Origin: Eledone cirrhosa
Lineage: Eukaryota
Length of the DNA stretch: 64,000 nt
Assembly: GCA_964016885.1 (NCBI GenBank)
Contig: OZ024751.1
Coordinates: 3,100,001 to 3,164,000 of the forward strand
Direction of reading: 5' to 3'
Below, piece by piece: positions 55,901 to 64,000 of the stretch. A program made the translations under genes and the position numbers. Below the pieces are notes generated by a model. The model saw only the letters and a program-made list of their open reading frames with translations. It searched no databases and was not told the DNA's origin. Within the stretch, counting starts at the first letter, position 1, and each line of letters opens with the position of its first letter.

Positions 55901-58900
55901 TATTAATAATAATAACGTCATAAGAGCTTAGATACCTTCATAAATTTGTATGGATGGGTGGCTGGAACGAAACCGAATCAACTCTAGTGACACATTTTAG
56001 CAGATAAGGAGAAAGTGTCTTATCTCTTCAATAGCTTCAAGACGAGTGATGGGGTAGCCATCATAGAGAGAGATATAGAGAGGGGGGCACTGAGGGTCGC
56101 CTTCAAGGCCGCATGGTAATTCCGAAATAATACAGAAGAAAAACAGGGTAAATCGGAAATAATACAGCAGAAAACAGCAGTAATATTAATAATAGTAACG
56201 TCATAAGAGCTAAGATACCTTTGAAAATTTGTATGGATGGGTGGCTGGAACGAAACCGAATAAACTCTAGTGACACATTTTAGCAGATAAGGAGAAAGTG
56301 TCTCATCTCTTCAATAGCTTCAAGACGAGTGATAGGGTTGCCACCATAGAGAGAGATATAGAGAGGGGCCCACTGAGGATCGCCTTCAAGACCGCATGGT
56401 AAATCCGAAATAATACAGCAGAAAAACAGGGTAAATCCGAAATAATACAGCAGAAAACAGCAGTAATATTAATAATAATAACGTCATAAGAGCTAAGATA
56501 CCTTCGTAAATTTATATGGATGGGTGGCTGGAACGAAACCGAATCAACTCTAGTGACACATTTTAGCAGTTAAGGAGAAAGTGTCTTATCTCTTCAATAG
56601 CTTCAAGACGAGTGATAGGGTAGCCATCATTGAGAGAGATATAGAGAGGGGGCGGCACTGAGGGTCGCCTTCAAGACAGCATGGTAAATCCGAAATAATA
56701 CAGCAGAAAACAGCAGTAATATTAATAATAATAACGTCATAAGAGCTAAGATACCTTCGTAAATTTGTATGGATGGGTGGCTTGAACGAAACCGAATCAA
56801 CTCTAGTGACACATTTTCGGAGATAAGGAGAAAGTGTCTCATCTCTTCAATAGCTTCAATACGAGTGATAGGGTAGCCACAATAGAGAGCGATATAGAGA
56901 GGGGGCAGCACTGAGGGTCGACTTCAAGACCGCATCGTAAATCCGAAATAATACAGCAGAAAAACAGGGTAAATCCGAAATAATACAGCAGAAAACAGCA
57001 GTAATATTAATAATAATAACGTCATAAGAGCTAAGATACCTTCGTAAATTTGTATGGATGGGTGGCTGGAACGAAACCGAATCAACTCTAGTGACACATT
57101 TTAGCAGATAAAGAGACAGTGTCTTATCTCTTCAATAGCTTCAAGACGAGTGATGGGGTAGCCATCATAGAGAGAGATATAGAGAGGGAGGGCACTGAGG
57201 GTCGCCTTCAAGACCGCATGGTAATTCCGAAATAATACAGCAGAAAAACAGGGTAAATTCGAAATAATACAGCAGAAAACAGCAGTAATATTAATAATAA
57301 TAACGTCATAAGAGCTAAGATACCTTCCTAAATTTGTATGGATGGGTGGCTGGAACGAAACCGAATCAACTCTAGTGACACATTTTAGCAGATAAAGAGA
57401 CAGTGTCTTATCTCTTCAATAGCTTCAAGACGAGTGATAGGGTAGCCACAATAGAGAGAGATATAGAGAGGGGGCAGCTCTGAGGGTCGCCTTCAAAACC
57501 GCATCGTAAATCCGAAATAATACAGCAGAAAAACAGGGTAAATCCGAAATAATACAGCAGAAAAACAGCAGTAATATTAATAATAATAACGTCATAAGAG
57601 CTAAGATGCATTCGTAAATTTGTATGGATGGGTGGCTGGAACGAAAGCGAATCAACTCTAGTGACACATTTTAGCAGTTAGGGAGAAAGTGTCTTATATC
57701 TTCAATAGCTTCAAGACGAGTGATAGGGTAGCTATCATAGAGAGAGATATAGAGAGGGCGGCACTGATGGTCGCCTTCAAGACCGCATGGTAAATCCGAA
57801 ATAATAAAGCAGAAAAAGAGGGTAAATCCGAAATAATATATCAGAAAACAGCAATAATATTAATAATAATAACGTCATAAGAGCTAAGATACCTTCGTAA
57901 ATATTTATGGATGGGTGGCTGGAACAAAACCGAATCAACTCTAGTGACACATTTTAGCAGATAAAGAGACAGTGTCTTATCTCTTCAATAGCTTCAAGAC
58001 GAGTGATGGGGTAGCCATCATAGAGAGAGATATAGAGAGGGAGGCACTGAGGGTCGCCTTCAAGACCGCATGGTAAATCCGAAATAATACAGCAGAAAAC
58101 AGCAGTAATATTAATAATAATAACGTCATAAGAGCTAAGATACCTTCGTAAATTTGTATGGATGGGTGGCTGGAACGAAACCGAATCAAATCTAGTGACA
58201 CATTTTAGCAGTTAGGGAGAAAGTGTCTTATCTCTTCAACAGCTTCAAGACGAGTGATAGGGTAGTCATCATAGATAGAGATATAGAGAGGGGGGCTCTG
58301 AGGGTCGCCTTCAAGACCGCATGGTAAATCCGAAATAATACAGCAGAAAAACAGGGTAAATCCGAAATAATACAGCAGAAAACAGCAGTAATATTAATAA
58401 TAATAACGTCATAAGAGCTAAGATACCTTCGTAAATTTGTATGGATGGGTGGCTTGAACGAAACCGAATCAACTCTAGTGACACATTTTCGGAGACAAGG
58501 AGAAAGTGTCTCATCTCTTCAATAGCTTAAAGACGAGTGATAGGGTAGCCATCATGGAGAGAGATATAGAGAGGGAAGCACTGAGGGTCGCCTTCAAGAC
58601 CGCATGGTAAATCCGAAATAATACAGCAGAAAAAGAGGGGAAATCCGAAATAATACAGCAGAAAACAGCAGTAATATTAATAATAATAACGTCATAAGGG
58701 CTAAGATACCTTCGTAAATTTGTATGGATGGGTGGCTGGAACGAAACCGAATCAACTCTAGTGACACATTTTAGCAGATAAAGAGACAGTGTCTTATCTC
58801 TTCAATAGCTTCAAGACGAGTGATGGGGTAGCCATCATAGAGAGAGATATAGAGAGGGAGGGCACTGAGGGTCGCCTTCAAGACCGCATGGTAATTCCGA

Positions 58901-61900
58901 AATAATACAGCAGAAAAACAGGGTAAATTCGAAATAATACAGCAGAAAACAGCAGTAATATTTATAATAATAACGTCATAAGAGCTAAGATACCTTCCTA
59001 AATTTGTATGGATGGGTGGCTGGAACGAAACCGAATCAACTCTTGTGACACATTTTAGCAGATAAAGAGACAGTGTCTTATCTCTTCAATAGCTTCAAGA
59101 CGAGTGATAGGGTAGCCACAATAGAGAGAGATATAGAGAGGGGGCAGCTCTGAGAGTCGCCTTCAAGACCGCATCGTAAATCCGAAATAATACAGCAGAA
59201 AAACAGGGTAAATCCGAAATAATACAGCAGAAAACAGCAGTAATATTAATAATAATAACGTCATAAGAGCTAAGATACATTCGTAAATTTGTATGGATGG
59301 GTGGCTGGAACGAAAGCGAATCAACTCTAGTGACACATTTTAGCAGTTAGGGAGAAAGTGTCTTATATCTTCAATAGCTTCAAGACGAGTGATAGGGTAG
59401 CTATCATAGAGAGAGATATAGAGAGGGCGGCACTGATGGTCGCCTTCAAGACCGCATGGTAAATCCGAAATAATAAAGCAGAAAAAGAGGGTAAATCCGA
59501 AATAATATATCAGAAAACAGCAATAATATTAATAATGATAACGTCATAAGAGCTAAGATACCTTCGTAAATATTTATGGATGGGTGGCTGGAACAAAACC
59601 GAATCAACTCTAGTGACACATTTTAGCAGATAAAGAGACAGTGTCTTATCTCTTCAATAGCTTCAAGACGAGTGATGGGGTAGCCATCATAGAGAGAGAT
59701 ATAGAGAGGGAGGCACTGAGGGTCGCCTTCAAGACCGCATGGTAAATCCGAAATAATACAGCAGAAAACAGCAGTAATATTAATAATAATAACGTCATAA
59801 GAGCTAAGATACCTTCGTAAATTTGTATGGATGGGTGGCTGGAACGAAACCGAATCAACTCTAGTGACACATTTTAGCAGATAAGGAGAAATTGTCTTAT
59901 CTCTTCAACAGCTTCAAGACGAGTGATAGGGTAGTCATCATAGAGAGAGATATAGAGAGGGGGGCTCTGAGGGTCGCCTTCAAGACCGCATGGTAAATCC
60001 GAAATAATACAGCAGAAAAACAGGGTAAATCCGAAATAATACAGCAGAAAACAGCAGTAATATTAATAATAATAACGTCATAAGAGCTAAGATAACTTCG
60101 TAAATTTGTATGGATGGGTGGCTTGAACGAAACCGAATCAACTCTAGTGACACATTTTCGGAGACAAGGAGAAAGTGTCTCATCTCTTCAATAGCTTAAA
60201 GACGAGTGATAGGGTAGCCATCATGGAGAGAGATATAGAGAGGGAAGCACTGAGGGTCGCCTTCAAGACCGCATGGTAAATCCGAAATAATACAGCAGAA
60301 AAAGAGGGTAAATCCGAAATAATACAGCAGAAAACAGCAGTAATATTAATAATAATAACGTCATAAGAGCTAAGATACCTTCGTAAATTTGTATGGATGG
60401 GTGGCTGGAACGAAACCGAATCAACTCTAGTGACACATTTTAGCAGATAAAGAGACAGTGTCTTATCTCTTCAATAGCTTCAAGACGAGTGATGGGGTAG
60501 CCATCATAGAGAGAGATATAGAGAGGGAGGGCACTGAGGGTCGCCTTCAAGACCGCATGGTAATTCCGAAATAATACAGCAGAAAAACAGGGTAAATTCG
60601 AAATAATACAGCAGAAAACAGCAGTAATATTAATAATAATAACGTCATAAGAGCTAAGATGCCTTCCTAAATTTGTATGGATGGGTGGCTGGAACGAAAC
60701 CGAATCAACTCTAGTGACACATTTTAGCAGATAAAGAGACAGTGTCTTATCTCTTCAATAGCTTCAAGACGAGTGATAGGGTAGCCACAATAGAGAGAGA
60801 TATAGAGAGGGGGCAGCTCTGAGGGTCGCCTTCAAGACCGCATCGTAAATCCGAAATAATACAGCAGAAAAACAGGGTAAATCCGAAATAATACAGCAGA
60901 AAACAGCAGTAATATTAATAATAATAACGTCATAAGAGCTAAGATACATTCGTAAATTTGTATGGATGGGTGGCTGGAACAAAAGCGAATCAACTCTAGT
61001 GACACAATTTAGCAGTTAGGGAGAAAGTGTCTTATATCTTCAATAGCTTCAAGACGAGTGATAGGGTAGCTATCATAGAGAAAGATATAGAGAGGGCGGC
61101 ACTGATGGTCGCCTTCAAGACCGCATGGTAAATCCGAAATAATAAAGCAGAAAAAGAGGGTAAATCCTAAATAATATATCAGAAAACAGCAATAATATTA
61201 ATAATAATAACGTCATAAGAGCTAAGATACCTTCGTAAATATTTATGGATGGGTGGCTGGAACAAAACCGAATCAACTCTAGTGACACATTTTAGCAGAT
61301 AAAGAGACAGTGTCTTATCTCTTCAATAGCTTCAAGACGAGTGATGGGGTAGCCATCATAGAGAGAGATATAGAGAGGGAGGCACTGAGGGTCGCCTTCA
61401 AGACCGCATGGTAAATCCGAAATAATACAGCAGAAAAACAGGGTAAATTCGAAATAATACAGCAGAAAACAGCAGTAATATTAATAATAATAACGTCATA
61501 AGAGCTAAGATACCTTTGAAAATGTGTATGGATGGGTGGCTGGAACGAAACCGAATCAACTCTAGTGACACATTTTAGCAGTTAAGGAGAAAGTGTCTTA
61601 TCTCTTCAATAGCTTCAAGACGAGTGATAGGGTAGCCACAATAGAGAGAGATATAGAGTGGGGGGCACTGAGGGTCGCCTTCAAGACCGCATGGTAAATC
61701 CGAAATAATACAGCAGAAAACAGCAGTAATATTAATAATAATAACGTCATAAGAGCTAAGATACCTTCGTAAATTTGTATGGATGGGTGGCTGGAACGAA
61801 ACCGAATCAACTCTAGTGACACATTTTAGCAGATAAGGAGAAATTGTCTTATCTCTTCAACAGCTTCAAGACGAGTGATAGGGTAGTCATCATAGAGACA

Positions 61901-64000
61901 GATATAGATAGGGGGCTCTGAGGGTCGCCTTCAAGACCGCATGGTAAATCCGAAATAATACAGCAGAAAAAGAGGGTAAATCCGAAATCATACAGCAGAA
62001 AACAGCAGTAATATTAATAATAATAACGTCATAAGAGCTAAGATACCTTCGTAAATTTGTATGGATGGGTGGCTGGAACGAAACCGAATTAACTCTAGTG
62101 ACACATTTTAGCAGTTAAGGAGAAAGTGTCTTATCTCTTCAATAGCTTCAAGACGAGTGATAGGGTAGCCATCATTGAGAGAGATATAGAGAGGGGGCGG
62201 CACTGAGCTCGCCTTCAAGACAGCATGGTAAATCCGAAATAATACACCAGAAAACAGCAGTAATATTAATAATAATAATGTCATAAGAGCTAAGATACCT
62301 TTGAAAATATTTGTATGGATGGGTGGCTGGAACGAAACCGAATCAACTCTAGTGACACATTTTCGGAGATAAGGAGAAAGTGTCTCATCTCTTCAATAGC
62401 TTCAAGACGAGTGATAGGGTAGCCACTATAGAGAGAGATATAGAGAGGGGGCAGCACTGAGGGTCGCCTTCAAGACCGCATGGTAAATCCGAAATAATAC
62501 AGCAGAAAACCAGGGTAAATCAGAAATAATACAGCAGAAAACAGCAGTAATATTAATAATAATAACGTCATAAGAGCTTAGATACCTTCATAAATTTGTA
62601 TGGATGGGTGGCTGGAACGAAACCGAATCAACTCTAGTGACACATTTTAGCAGATAAGGAGAAAGTGTCTTATCTCTTCAATAGCTTCAAGACGAGTGAT
62701 GGGGTAGCCATCATAGAGAGAGATATAGAGAGGGGGGCACTGAGGGTCGCCTTCAAGGCCGCATGGTAATTCCGAAATAATACAGAAGAAAAACAGGGTA
62801 AATCGGAAATAATACAGCAGAAAACAGCAGTAATATTAATAATAGTAACGTCATAAGAGCTAAGATACCTTTGAAAATTTGTATGGATGGGTGGCTGGAA
62901 CGAAACCGAATAAACTCTAGTGACACATTTTAGCAGATAAGGAGAAAGTGTCTCATCTCTTCAATAGCTTCAAGACGAGTGATAGGGTTGCCACCATAGA
63001 GAGAGATATAGAGAGGGGCCCACTGAGGATCGCCTTCAAGACCGCATGGTAAATCCGAAATAATACAGCAGAAAAACAGGGTAAATCCGAAATAATACAG
63101 CAGAAAACAGCAGTAATATTAATAATAATAACGTCATAAGAGCTAAGATACCTTCGTAAATTTATATGGATGGGTGGCTGGAACGAAACCGAATCAACTC
63201 TAGTGACACATTTTAGCAGTTAAGGAGAAAGTGTCTTATCTCTTCAATAGCTTCAAGACGAGTGATAGGGTAGCCATCATTGAGAGAGATATAGAGAGGG
63301 GGCGGCACTGAGGGTCGCCTTCAAGACAGCATGGTAAATCCGAAATAATACAGCAGAAAACAGCAGTAATATTAATAATAATAACGTCATAAGAGCTAAG
63401 ATACCTTCGTAAATTTGTATGGATGGGTGGCTTGAACGAAACCGAATCAACTCTAGTGACACATTTTCGGAGATAAGGAGAAAGTGTCTCATCTCTTCAA
63501 TAGCTTCAATACGAGTGATAGGGTAGCCACAATAGAGAGCGATATAGAGAGGGGGCAGCACTGAGGGTCGACTTCAAGACCGCATCGTAAATCCGAAATA
63601 ATACAGCAGAAAAACAGGGTAAATCCGAAATAATACAACAGGAAACAGCAGTAATATTAATAATAATAACGTCATAAGAGCTAAGATACCTTCGTAAATT
63701 TGTATGGATGGGTGGCTTGAACGAAACCGAATCAACTCTAGTGACACATTTTAGCAGATAAGGAGAAAGTGTCTTATCTCTTCAATAGCTTCAAGACGAG
63801 TGATAGGGTAGCCATCATTGAGAGAGATATAGAGGGTCGCCTTCAAGACCGCATGGTAAATCCGAAATAATACAGCAGAAAACAGCAGTAATATTAATAA
63901 TAATAACGTCATAAGATCTAAGATACCTTTGAAAATGTGTATGGATGGGTGGCTGGAACGAAACCGAATCAACTCTAGTGACACATTTTAGCAGATAAGG
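43991..64000. repeat. Satellite DNA array, ~251-bp and ~283-bp monomers (rare 237 bp), with higher-order repeats; continues past the window end
   Basis: CTCTAGTGACACATTTT recurs every 237-286 bp. Long and short forms differ by a 32-bp duplication GGTAAATCCGAAATAATACAGCAGAAAAACAG. Identical spurious ORFs recur at offsets 3230, 6085, 6368 and 6650. Confidence 0.97.

Noticed and set aside
43943-63984. Repeated hydrophobic 60-140 aa ORFs (MSLELIRFRSSHPSIQ...) resembling a small membrane-protein family
   Set aside because: Satellite translations with non-ATG starts, monomer lengths not multiples of 3, and frequent frameshifts.
43991-64000. Satellite monomer as a hammerhead-containing satellite (CTGAGGG...CCGAAATAATA)
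   Set aside because: The core lacks A9 in most copies and helices I and II cannot be formed convincingly.
43991-64000. CRISPR-like array or CENP-B box
   Set aside because: No unique spacers, eukaryotic context; the TTCG-containing motifs lack the CGGG half of a CENP-B box.

Overview
Eukaryotic, repeat-dominated DNA that most resembles an octopod (Octopus-like) genome, judged from the SINE types, RTE LINEs and very large (TA)n/(CA)n tracts; the taxon is an inference. Bases 1-40,300 are (TA)n microsatellites peppered with Penelope-like element (PLE) insertions: three long, disrupted Neptune-type RT+GIY-YIG copies (one fused in frame to a Ty3/gypsy protease-RT fragment) and about a dozen short head-to-head palindromic insertions. 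By hand I can fold about 20 type I hammerhead ribozyme motifs (intact or degenerate) from many unrelated sequence families. Most lie in PLE 3' ends or palindrome arms, and three carry a compensatory U3-A8 core. One palindrome has its own empty site elsewhere in the window. Also present are RTE, CR1-like and CRE-like LINE fragments, SINEs, and a few candidate host exons. Bases 40,321-43,990 hold a near full-length RTE LINE, whose 5' end runs directly into a >20 kb satellite of 251/283-bp monomers with higher-order repeats. The many long IY/HT/CV ORFs are microsatellite artefacts. All structures were read by eye, boundaries are approximate, and nothing was searched against databases.
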